Part shown: piece after piece, positions 1 through 7,375 of the stretch
Numbering within the stretch: position 1 is the stretch's first letter
How the letters are laid out: every line of letters begins with the position of its first letter
Assembly: GCA_040222015.1 (NCBI GenBank)
Contig: JAVJWO010000151.1
Location: 1-15,183, forward strand
Source: Coleofasciculus chthonoplastes F2-STO-03
GTDB lineage: Bacteria > Cyanobacteriota > Cyanobacteriia > Cyanobacteriales > Coleofasciculaceae
Length of the DNA: 15,183 nt
Direction: 5' to 3'
Position numbers and translations under genes: made by a program
Notes under the pieces: generated by a model
What the model was told of the DNA's origin: nothing
Database searches by the model: none
What the model saw: the letters and a program-made list of their open reading frames with translations, nothing else

Positions 1-221
1 TCAAATGTGGGCATTGTGGTTGGCATGGAGATGCCGACTTTAATGGAGCCAATAATATTGCACTTGTGGGGCTGTCTATAAATCAGCCTGGAGGCACGGG
101 GTTATCGTGCAAGCTAAGCCGAACTATTAAGTATGTTCAGCGTTCGACTGAGCGCTCACGCCGAAGTCTTAGCTTGTTCGATGACTTTAGGGCTACTAAA
201 AACCCAGACCTCAGCTCTTAG
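1..221 (+). CDS. tnpB: TnpB (IS200/IS605 RNA-guided endonuclease), 3' part, truncated by window start
   Basis: Manual translation from nt 3: KCGHCGWHGDADFNGANNIALVGLSINQPGGTGLSCKLSRTIKYVQRSTERSRRSLSLFDDFRATKNPDLSS*. CxxC zinc ribbon followed by the RuvC-III DADxNGA motif; TAG at 219-221. Not in the ORF track. Confidence 0.9.
   Translation, partial: KCGHCGWHGDADFNGANNIALVGLSINQPGGTGLSCKLSRTIKYVQRSTERSRRSLSLFDDFRATKNPDLSS
141..167. repeat. 27-bp small dispersed palindromic repeat inserted in frame in the tnpB tail
   Basis: CGTTCGACTGAGCGCTCACGCCGAAGT forms an imperfect hairpin (TTCG..TGAG-CG-CTCA..CGAA) and encodes RSTERSRRS. Removing it gives ...YVQLSLFDDF. Confidence 0.6.
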
Positions 222-258
222 CCGGTCTGGGTAGTTTATTTAATGCATCTCACCCACT

Positions 259-2043
259 ATGACAATTCTGTTCACCCTCGGTGTTATCCTACTGACTCTG
301 ATTTTATTCATCAGCGAATGGTTGCCCGTTGATATTACCGCACTCACAATTATGGTGTTGCTGATCGTACTGGGATTAGTCACCCCAGAAGAAGGCATAT
401 CTGGGTTTAGTAGTTCCGCCACGATTACTGTGATGGCAATGTTTATCCTCAGTGCAGGAATTGCCCGCACGGGTGCGATTCAAATCGTTAGTGAACTCCT
501 AGTGAAGTGGGGAGGTAAAACATCCTCGCAGCAGATTTTAGCCTTGGGGGTAATTGCGGGTCCGATTAGTGGTGTAATTAATAATACGGCTGTTCTGGCT
601 GTCTTTCTGCCGATTGTGGAAGATTTATGTCGCCAACAGCGGATTTCTCCCTCCAAGCTTCTCATCCCTTTATCTTATGCCAGTATTTTAGGGGGAATGA
701 TTACCGTAATTGGCACATCCACCAACATTTTGGCGAGTGGTTTGTCGGATAAATTGGGGTACGGTACATTCAGTTTATTTCAGTTCACCAAATTAGGACT
801 AATCACCTTCACGATTGGCTTAACCTATCTTGTATTAATTGCCCCCCGACTCTTACCCAATAAAAAAGTTGCGGGTAGTGATACTCAAGAGTATGGACTT
901 CAAGACTATGTGAGTGAAATTGTGATTCCACCAGGCTCAAGCTTGGTTGGACAAACGTTACGTTCAACTCAAATTCAGCGTAAATTTGATATGGACGTAC
1001 TGGAGATTATCCGTAACGAGACTCGTTTCGCCCAACCTCTGGCTGATAAAATATTGCAGGGTGGAGATATTTTAATTGTTCGGGGTAAACGGGAATGTTT
1101 ACTGAATATTAAAGTGGAACGGGGGATCGATATTTTACCCGATGTCCAATTTGGCAAGAAATCCATCGAAGAAGACTTAACATCTGGGGAAGATACGATC
1201 GCTGAAGTCTTAATCTTGTCAAACTCTGATCTAGCTGGCTCTACCCTTAAAGACTTTCGATTTCGGCAACGCTATAACCTGACGGTATTAGCCATTCGTC
1301 GTGGACAAGAATTTGTCCGGGAACGGTTGGGGAAAGTTCCCTTACGGTTTGGGGATTTGCTCTTGGTACAAGGACCAAAGCAAAGTTTTGTCGGATTACA
1401 AAACAGTCGCGACTTGTTAGTCTTTGAGCAACGAGACATGGAGTCGTTACGGCGAGAAAAAGCTGGAATTGCTGTAGCAATTGGTGTGGGTGTTGTTCTA
1501 GTTGCGGCGTTTAACCTATTACCAATTTTGGTTAGTGCCTTGGCGGGAGTGGTTTTAATGGTCGTCACGGGCTGTCTGAAACCCGGGGAAGTGTATAGTG
1601 CTGTTCGCTGGGATATTATCTTTCTCTTGGCTGGCTTAATTCCGTTGGGAATTGCCATGGAAAATTCGGGAACAACGAAATGGTTAGCCGATAATCTGGT
1701 TTCCCTAGGCAGTAGTTTTTCACCCTACTGGATGCTGACGTTTTTCTTTCTGATTACGGCATTATTGACTGAGGTGTTATCCAATAACGCTTCGGTGGTT
1801 TTACTCTTACCCATTTCAGTCCAGGTAGCTGAGACGTTGGATCTCAATCCTTTTGCCTTTATGTTTGCTGTCACCTTCGCAGCGTCGAATAGTTTTATGA
1901 CACCGATTGGGTATCAAACCAACACGATGGTTTACAGTGCAGGCGGTTACAGATTCCTAGACTTTTTCCGTGTCGGTGCTCCCCTGAGTCTTTTGATGAC
2001 TGTTGTTATTCCCCCGTTAATTATTCTGCTTTATGGTTTATGA
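259..2043 (+). CDS. SLC13/DASS family permease with two TrkA-C (RCK_C) domains (sulfate/di-tricarboxylate transporter)
   Basis: 594 aa; hydrophobic N- and C-terminal blocks; SGVINNT, TVIGTSTN, LSNNAS and FMTPIGYQTN motifs; two central soluble TrkA-C-like repeats. Confidence 0.92.
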   Translation: MTILFTLGVILLTLILFISEWLPVDITALTIMVLLIVLGLVTPEEGISGFSSSATITVMAMFILSAGIARTGAIQIVSELLVKWGGKTSSQQILALGVIAGPISGVINNTAVLAVFLPIVEDLCRQQRISPSKLLIPLSYASILGGMITVIGTSTNILASGLSDKLGYGTFSLFQFTKLGLITFTIGLTYLVLIAPRLLPNKKVAGSDTQEYGLQDYVSEIVIPPGSSLVGQTLRSTQIQRKFDMDVLEIIRNETRFAQPLADKILQGGDILIVRGKRECLLNIKVERGIDILPDVQFGKKSIEEDLTSGEDTIAEVLILSNSDLAGSTLKDFRFRQRYNLTVLAIRRGQEFVRERLGKVPLRFGDLLLVQGPKQSFVGLQNSRDLLVFEQRDMESLRREKAGIAVAIGVGVVLVAAFNLLPILVSALAGVVLMVVTGCLKPGEVYSAVRWDIIFLLAGLIPLGIAMENSGTTKWLADNLVSLGSSFSPYWMLTFFFLITALLTEVLSNNASVVLLLPISVQVAETLDLNPFAFMFAVTFAASNSFMTPIGYQTNTMVYSAGGYRFLDFFRVGAPLSLLMTVVIPPLIILLYGL

Positions 2044-2045
2044 CT

Positions 2046-2088
2046 ATTTGTCATTTGTCATTTGTCATTTGTCATTTGTCATTTGTCA
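2046..2088. repeat. Short tandemly repeated heptamer (ATTTGTC)6, cyanobacterial STRR-like
   Basis: Six perfect copies directly after the permease stop codon. Confidence 0.95.
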
Positions 2089-2176
2089 GAATACACAATT
2101 TAAATGCGTTTTAGCTGACTAAACTCGCCATAACCAAGTAGGATAAGTTTTTGACCCATCAACAATCGACAACAAC

Positions 2177-3226
2177 ATGACAAAAGCACGGATCGGGCTG
2201 CTATTTGGAGGACTCTCAGGAGAACACGAGGTTTCGATTTGTTCAGCACAAGCGATCGCAAAAGCGTTGAGTACGCCACCGAATACGGATAAGTACGACG
2301 TTTTACCGATTTACATTCAAAAAGATGGCATCTGGCAACCCCCAGACATCGCCCAGCAGGTTTTGGCATCGGGAACGCCTCTAGATACCCATGGAGACGG
2401 AAACCTCTGGCAATTTCCACCTCAGGTGGCTGACGTGGAGGTTTGGTTTCCCATCTTGCACGGACCCAATGGCGAAGATGGCACGATTCAAGGCTTGTTA
2501 ACGTTAATGCAGGTTCCTTGTGTGGGTTCGGGTGTCTTAGGTTCGGCAATGGCAATGGATAAAATTGCCATGAAACAGGTATTTGATCAAGTGGGACTCG
2601 CTCAGGTGAAGTATAAGGGATTGAGTCGCGCCCAGGTGTGGTCTAATCCCTGCGTCTTCCCGAAACTGTGTGATCAGATTGAGGAAACGTTGGGGTATCC
2701 CTGTTTTGTCAAACCTGCTAATTTGGGCTCATCGGTGGGTATTGCCAAAGTGCGATCGCGAAGTGAATTGGAAGCAGCTTTAGATAGTGCCGCCAGTTAT
2801 GATCGCCGGATTGTTGTGGAAGCAGGTGTCGTGGCGCGGGAAGTCGAATGTGCAGTTTTAGGGAATGATAATCCCAAGGCATCTGTGGTGGGTGAAATTA
2901 GTTATACCAGCGATTTCTACGACTATGAAACTAAATATACAGAAGGTCGTGCCACGTTATCGATTCCCGCACCATTACCTGATGGTGTGACTCGTCAGAT
3001 TCAGGAGATGGCACTCAAGGCATTTGCGGCGGTGGATGCGGCGGGTTTGTCACGGGTGGATTTCTTTTATGTAGAGGCGACAGGGGAGGTTTTGATTAAT
3101 GAAGTCAATACCTTACCCGGTTTCACCGCCACCAGTATGTATCCTCAACTGTGGGAAGCTAGTGGTGTACCGTTCCCTCAATTGGTGGATCAGTTGATTG
3201 AATTAGCCAAAGAACGGCAAACCTAA
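2177..3226 (+). CDS. ddl: D-alanine--D-alanine ligase
   Basis: 349 aa; [46 protein letters not shown] and [10 protein letters not shown] motifs. Confidence 0.97.
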   Translation: MTKARIGLLFGGLSGEHEVSICSAQAIAKALSTPPNTDKYDVLPIYIQKDGIWQPPDIAQQVLASGTPLDTHGDGNLWQFPPQVADVEVWFPILHGPNGEDGTIQGLLTLMQVPCVGSGVLGSAMAMDKIAMKQVFDQVGLAQVKYKGLSRAQVWSNPCVFPKLCDQIEETLGYPCFVKPANLGSSVGIAKVRSRSELEAALDSAASYDRRIVVEAGVVAREVECAVLGNDNPKASVVGEISYTSDFYDYETKYTEGRATLSIPAPLPDGVTRQIQEMALKAFAAVDAAGLSRVDFFYVEATGEVLINEVNTLPGFTATSMYPQLWEASGVPFPQLVDQLIELAKERQT

Positions 3227-3237
3227 GTAGAGGCTGC

Positions 3238-3297
3238 TTTGTCATTTGTCATTTGTTATTTGTCATTTGTTATTTGTCATTTGTCATTGGTCATTTG
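3238..3297. repeat. Heptamer tandem repeat (TTTGTCA-like) x8
   Basis: Eight copies with TTTGTTA/TTGGTCA variants, just after the ddl stop. Confidence 0.93.
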
Positions 3298-3309
3298 GAA
3301 ACTGTAGGG

Positions 3310-3607
3310 GCGACCCGCTTGCTCTAATTTTGAACAGACCCCAACTAGATTGCTTGCAATTAGTTGGGGATTCTCTCCTGCTGTTACCACGAAGAGCCGC
3401 TGTTCTCGGTGAATACCAGGAACTTCTGCCTTGGCACTCCTCCCTGCTATTTCTACTAGGGAGCTAAGACTAAAAAAGCCTTATGAACGCACTCTTGTTT
3501 TTACCCAGTCGATGCGTTATTGTAACAAATAATCTCTACTGGAACCCCTAATCTTAAGTTTTCTAGGTTCTGTAGGTCGTGCCGAACAAATAAATGCCGC
3601 CGTACCT
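3310..3607 (-). ncRNA. Putative TnpB omegaRNA (right-end RNA) scaffold plus flank-derived guide
   Basis: Non-coding interior with hairpins (e.g. CTCCCT/AGGGAG, 3440-3463), downstream of an extended -10 and running through the IS right end. Boundaries are inferred. Confidence 0.5.
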
Positions 3608-3692
3608 GTCGGAATTCTACCAAAATTGTTAGTGTTTCGCAGTCCCCCACCTAAATCTTGCGATTTTAGATGGGGACTGCGCTCAACTTTTG
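3330..3692 (-). mobile_element. Non-autonomous IS200/IS605-type mini-element (363 bp, no protein gene)
   Basis: Minus strand: target TTGAA (3697-3693)|CAAAAG..., CAGT guide plus left hairpin CCCCATCTAAAATCGCAAGATTTAGGTGGGG. Right end: GAAT plus related hairpin CCCCAACTAATTGCAAGCAATCTAGTTGGGG, ending TTCAA at 3330. Confidence 0.8.
3614..3622 (-). promoter_or_regulatory. Extended -10 promoter element (TGGTAGAAT) inside the mini-IS left end
   Basis: TGn-TAGAAT just inside the left-end hairpin, the same position as TGCTACAAT in the element at 15018. Confidence 0.5.
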
Positions 3693-3750
3693 TTCAACAC
3701 CAGTCCATTCAATTGGGTCGGGTCGCCCTTTACTTAAGATTGTAGATTGT

Positions 3751-4057
3751 CTATAGATTAGACTCTGGAGGGCAAAGCCAATCTAACAGTTCAGTCGGAA
3801 TATCTTCATAACGTTCTAGCACAAAGTCCATCAAGGCAAGATGACGCAAATCTCGCTTGTTGAGGACGGCGGTAGTTGCCACCTCTTCTAAACCAGCTTG
3901 CCACAGTAGACATGGAACGATCGCAGATAAAAGCAATGGTTTCATGATTCACCTGCCATTTGGCATAAAACTGTTGCGGCGTCATTCCCAGTTGACAGTA
4001 GCCGTAGAGGTCAATTAACGTGAGTTCGCGTTCAGTGATTGGACGGGGACTCCTCAT
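3751..4057 (-). pseudogene. Small cyanobacterial helix-turn-helix protein, frameshifted
   Basis: MRSPRPITERELTLIDLY...WFRRGGNYRRP (ATG 4057, overlapping the upstream TGA) continues in another frame as DLRHLALMDFVLERYEDIPTELLDWLCPPESNL*. One extra base near 3853-3863. Confidence 0.75.
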
Positions 4058-4646
4058 CGGACTTCCTCCAAAGGTTCGAGATCGTCTTCCCAAGCCGTAT
4101 CAGCCACCGTCCACTGGGAACTGGGGGAATGTTGGTCTAGCCAAATCAGGTAGCACCATGTCCAAGCACAGTGGTGGGGCGCAAAGCTGTAGAATCTGCC
4201 GATCGCAATCCCCCAGTCTGGTGATTTAAGATTATCTTGGCGATCGCTTGTCCATTTCAGTTTGTCTCCGTCTCCAAAACGAGGCGGTTTGACCTGGGGA
4301 AAGTTGGCGGGTAGATGAATTGATGGGAAAAGAAATCGCCGGAAACTGAAGCTGGGAAGTAAATCAGTGCTACCGCGACGTAGGGCGCCATCGATAAAGT
4401 GCGATCGCGTTTCCGTTCAGGTTGGCGGTTAAGTCTCGGATTAGGATTGCAGCGAGGCTGTCGAGTTCCGATGGGGTCAGGTTCACCCAAGAAGCATCAA
4501 AGTCAGCGTCAGAGTAGGTTTGCAGGTGGGTGAACAGAGATGCGATACGTGCTTCGCACACGCTTCGCGATCGCGAAATCTTCTAACGCTTGTTGATAGC
4601 CTTGCTGGTAGGTGAGTTCACCAGGGGGACAATTTGGTTTTAACAT
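4054..4646 (-). pseudogene. Conserved cyanobacterial hypothetical protein with two frameshifts
   Basis: GGAG RBS and ATG at 4646: MLKPNCPPGELTYQQGYQQALEDFAIA [25-bp insert] SLFTHLQTYSDADFDA...LNGNAIALY [shift ~4392] ...LPANFPQVKPPRFGDGDKLKW...DWGIAIGRFYSFAPHHCAWTWCYLIWLDQHSPSSQWTVADTAWEDDLEPLEEVR* (TGA 4056-4054). Confidence 0.75.
4542..4574. mobile_element. 25-bp small repeat inserted at a HIP1 site
   Basis: GCGAT+ACGTGCTTCGCACACGCTTC+GCGATCGC, with internal GTGC-TTC-GCAC hairpin. Deleting 25 bp restores one HIP1 and the reading frame. Confidence 0.7.
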
Positions 4647-4659
4647 AGTAAAAGTCTCC

Positions 4660-4723
4660 GTTTACGGGGTAGTCACAAGTCGGCTGAAAGCGTCGTAAAC
4701 TTGGTGCTGGCTTGTGACCTTTT
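4660..4723. promoter_or_regulatory. Structured leader / possible antisense-RNA terminator upstream of the 4646 start
   Basis: Stem GTCACAAGTCGGC (4672-4684)/GCTGGCTTGTGAC (4706-4718) followed by CTTTT on +. Loop CGTAAAC (4694-4700) is complementary to GTTTACG (4660-4666) next to the RBS. Confidence 0.5.
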
Positions 4724-4731
4724 GAGGTTTG

Positions 4732-5076
4732 TTAGCGGTTGGATAAGTAGACATATCGCTGCTGGTGGATTATTTCGAGTCGGGATAATGCCTCTGGTGT
4801 ATAGCGTTGGGCTTCAATACATATTGATTGCCAGAGGCGATCGAGGGCATTTAGATTGGGACAGTAACGTATGAGTGTGCGACAAGCGGCAATCCACTGT
4901 TCAATTTGACGGTAGCTGACGAAGTAACCGCCGATTCCTTTGATATGTACCCAAAGGACGTTATGCCATTTTTCCCAGTTGAGGATACGCTCTTGGGGGA
5001 TGTTCAGGTGTTTGGCGATTTGCCCAAGGGTGATAACGAAGGTTTTGGGGTTGATGCGATGGCGTATAGGTTGCAT
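4732..5076 (-). CDS. Hypothetical protein (114 aa)
   Basis: Intact ORF, Trp-rich core (NWEKWHNVLWVHIKGIGGYFVSYR), co-oriented with the downstream module; AT-rich promoter-like region upstream. Confidence 0.75.
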   Translation of the reverse strand: MQPIRHRINPKTFVITLGQIAKHLNIPQERILNWEKWHNVLWVHIKGIGGYFVSYRQIEQWIAACRTLIRYCPNLNALDRLWQSICIEAQRYTPEALSRLEIIHQQRYVYLSNR

Positions 5077-5174
5077 GGCTTTACTGTTGGAGTAGATGCT
5101 TTACCGAGTTTTTTGTCAGTCAATATATACAATATATCTGGTAAAGCATCAATATGTAAATACTCTCCTTGAAA

Positions 5175-5660
5175 TTAGTCTTCTTCTATGACGTGGAATC
5201 CAGCCTGTTCTGCAATCAGGCTTAAATACTTAGATGTAGCCAGAGTGGGTTCATAAGCGCTATTTTCCCACTGACTAACTGTCGCCTGTCGCACACCAAG
5301 TTTTTGGGCAAACTCTGCCTGGGTTAAACCCATATAGCGACGTAGTGCCTTGATCAGTTGAGCGTTCCATAGCACGGTGTCACCCATACGTGGAACTTTA
5401 GGTTTAGCCGTAGGTTGGCGAAATGTCACCCGTTGCTGCTCCAAATCAATATCCTCAACCCAATATCCGGCTTCCATCCAGGCATTTGCTTGCAGTGCGC
5501 CTTTCCTACGATTGCTCCACCATGCCCGTTTTTGGCGTGCTGAGTCGGGTAAGGTGTCATTCATGAGTTCCTCAATTTCTGCAAAGGTGAGAATGACTTC
5601 CGCTTGATTGCTCTCTTGCAGAAATTCCAGGAGTGGCTGGTACTTGCTATCTGGCTTCAT
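5175..5660 (-). CDS. XRE-family HTH regulator with N-terminal DUF7662-like domain
   Basis: N-terminal SKYQPL...LTFAEIE...LPDSAR..RAWWSN...AWMEAGY; C-terminal LRRYMGLTQAEFAQKLGVRQATVSQWE HTH. Confidence 0.85.
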   Translation of the reverse strand: MKPDSKYQPLLEFLQESNQAEVILTFAEIEELMNDTLPDSARQKRAWWSNRRKGALQANAWMEAGYWVEDIDLEQQRVTFRQPTAKPKVPRMGDTVLWNAQLIKALRRYMGLTQAEFAQKLGVRQATVSQWENSAYEPTLATSKYLSLIAEQAGFHVIEED

Positions 5661-5874
5661 GCAGCAAAACCTCTACACCAATCAACGTCTGTGGGTTGAG
5701 ATGCTGGTGGGATTTCTTTTGTGGTGCAGTGGGAAAGGGGCATGAAGCTTTTCTAGGGGACTCTTGACCATCTCTAGGATGCCAGAAAATTGGGGCGTGC
5801 GATCGCACTCTCCTGCCAAATTGCCATTAGTAATCGAATCCAGCCTGAGAAAGCGACTAACAGAATAGGCGAAT

Positions 5875-5915
5875 GTAGGGGCACCATCCTTGCGCCCTCA
5901 CCCCCCTCACCCCCT
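5875..5915. repeat. GTAG REP-like hairpin plus short CCCCTCAC-type repeats
   Basis: GTAGGGGCACCATCCTTGCGCCCT followed by C-rich CCCTCAC repeats. Confidence 0.5.
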
Positions 5916-6095
5916 GTATCTATCCTGATGAGAAACGCTATAATCGCTGTCGCAGTCGTTCTTCAAAGCTCCGTTTCAACCTAAATTGAGCGTTAGCCAT
6001 GCCTTGGATGAGGGTATCGAGTTCTGCTTGCGGTGGCTTCTTCGTTTGCACCCAAGCCTCAAGAATATCGGGCAAAGTCAGATGGGGTTCAACAC

Positions 6096-7250
6096 ATGAA
6101 CATGAATTACGAAATTCTAGGTCAGCGCCTGCGGCTAGCGCGTGAGCGATCTCGAATAAGTCAAACTGAAGCCGCTCAAGTTATAGATGTCACGGCGGCA
6201 GCTCTAAACCAGTATGAGAGCGGGAAGCGTCGGGTGGATGCTCTTACCTTGGAGCGTCTATCTCGGCTTTACGGAGTACCCCTGCGATCGCTGTTTGGCG
6301 AAGAAACCGTTCAATCCGACTGGGAAGAAGCATTACGGCTTAATTCTGAAACTATTTCGGCTTCGAGTAAAGCGGAAATTGCCCGTTTGATTGAAAAAAT
6401 TTATGTCCTAGAGGAACTCTATACTCAGACAGACACTCCTTTTCCTGGCGTTTCTCATCCACCTTTTGCTCCTCTTGCCAATCGCCTCTTGCCGGAAACT
6501 GAGACGGCGATGTTAGCGGCTCAAAAGGCTCGATATCACTACAACTTGGGAATGGCTCCTCTAGTTAATTTACGAATTTTCTTAGAGGCTCAAGGATTAA
6601 TGATATTTATCATTCCCTTTGGCAAGGAACAAAATGCTATTTCTGGACTATTTTTGTCTCATCAGAAACTGGGAAATATTATTGCTATTAACCAAACTCA
6701 GACTGATACTCGTCTCTCTTTTAGCTTGGCTCATGGATTAGCTCATCGTCTCTATCAACATGACCAATCTGCTATTCTTTGTCACCATGAAGATACTAAT
6801 CCGTTGGAATGTTTTGCTGAAAAATTTGCTGGCTATTTCCTGATTCCTTCAGCAGCATTGCAGGAACGTTTACATAGTCTGGGAGTAAAACGGGTTAGGC
6901 ATCCGGCGGAAGTTGTGCATTTAGCGCACTATTTCGGCGTTAGCTATGAAGAAATGTTAATTCGATTGGATTGGGAACATCAACTCGCAGGTTCTCAGGA
7001 AGACTTTAAGCAGATTCAGTCCGCACATTTATCTCGAAACTTGGGTTATAGTTCTTACTTTGAGAGTGGAGAGGGGTTTATTCCTGTGGAAAAACGTTTA
7101 CCCAGAATCTTCCTCGAACTTGCCTATCGTGCTGTTCTAGCGGACAAGTTATCCCTGCGGCGGGTAGCGGAAATGTTGGGTATTAGCGATATTGAATTAG
7201 AGGATCGTCTGTTTATGACTGAGCAAACACTTGAAGAAATTGCCAGTTAA
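6096..7250 (+). CDS. XRE-HTH / ImmA-IrrE (peptidase M78-like) fusion with degenerate zinc-peptidase motif
   Basis: N-terminal HTH (LGQRLRLARERSRISQTEAA...LNQYESGKR); SGLF, FSLAHGLAH (HExxH with E>G), ECFAEKFAGYFLIP, LAHYFGVS; C-terminal LSLRRVAEMLGI. ATG at 6096/6102 preferred over GTG 6033. Confidence 0.88.
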   Translation: MNMNYEILGQRLRLARERSRISQTEAAQVIDVTAAALNQYESGKRRVDALTLERLSRLYGVPLRSLFGEETVQSDWEEALRLNSETISASSKAEIARLIEKIYVLEELYTQTDTPFPGVSHPPFAPLANRLLPETETAMLAAQKARYHYNLGMAPLVNLRIFLEAQGLMIFIIPFGKEQNAISGLFLSHQKLGNIIAINQTQTDTRLSFSLAHGLAHRLYQHDQSAILCHHEDTNPLECFAEKFAGYFLIPSAALQERLHSLGVKRVRHPAEVVHLAHYFGVSYEEMLIRLDWEHQLAGSQEDFKQIQSAHLSRNLGYSSYFESGEGFIPVEKRLPRIFLELAYRAVLADKLSLRRVAEMLGISDIELEDRLFMTEQTLEEIAS

Positions 7251-7285
7251 TTAACGGGTGAGTATGTAACCAAATTGTCATTCTT

Positions 7286-7375
7286 AGGACTTACGCAAAG
7301 GCTCCATTTGTAGGGTGTGTTAGCGTAGCGTAACGCACCGCAAGCCTCTATCAGTGGTGTGTCTGCGTAAGTCCT
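7286..7375. repeat. MITE/REP-like element: 12-bp terminal inverted repeats around a GTAG hairpin
   Basis: AGGACTTACGCA (7286-7297)/TGCGTAAGTCCT (7364-7375), a perfect IR; internal GTAG-GGTGTGTTA...TAACGCACC (7310-7339). Confidence 0.75.

Larger units (their letters stand above)
1..239 (+). mobile_element. IS200/IS605-family element, right end
   Basis: Subterminal hairpin CCCAGACC (203-210)/GGTCTGGG (224-231), preceded by AAAA (199-202) and followed by TTAT (236-239). This fits the IS608-type guide/cleavage-site pairing. Confidence 0.8.
3304..3733. repeat. GTAG REP-like inverted pair split by the mini-IS
   Basis: GTAGGGGCGACCCG (3304-3317) and CGGGTCGCCCTTTAC (3719-3733) are inverted arms that would lie about 38 nt apart without the 3330-3692 insert. 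Confidence 0.65.

Noticed and set aside
1..239. Terminal tnpB elements as the cognate parent of the 3330-3692 mini-element
   Set aside because: Their hairpins and cleavage tetramers (TTAT right end; TGAC left end) differ from the mini-element's (TCAA; TGAA).
240..2555. Minus-strand ORFs opposite SLC13 and ddl
   Set aside because: Antisense shadows of well-supported genes, with no motifs.
2046..3297. CRISPR array
   Set aside because: The repeats are spacer-less 7-mers; no cas genes or repeat-spacer periodicity anywhere in the window.
3246..3467. 73-aa ORF (MSFVICHLLFVICHW...)
   Set aside because: Translation of the heptamer repeat and the mini-IS right end; spurious.
4390..4570. The two frameshifts in the 4054-4646 gene compensating each other
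   Set aside because: The frame entered after the 25-bp insert hits a TGA near 4510, before the second shift.
4020..5984. ORFs 4020-4229, 4257-4490, 4906-5172, 5377-5607 and 5790-5984
   Set aside because: Shadow or off-frame ORFs of the pseudogenes and regulators, or repeat-derived; 4370-4561 is a fragment of the 4054-4646 pseudogene.
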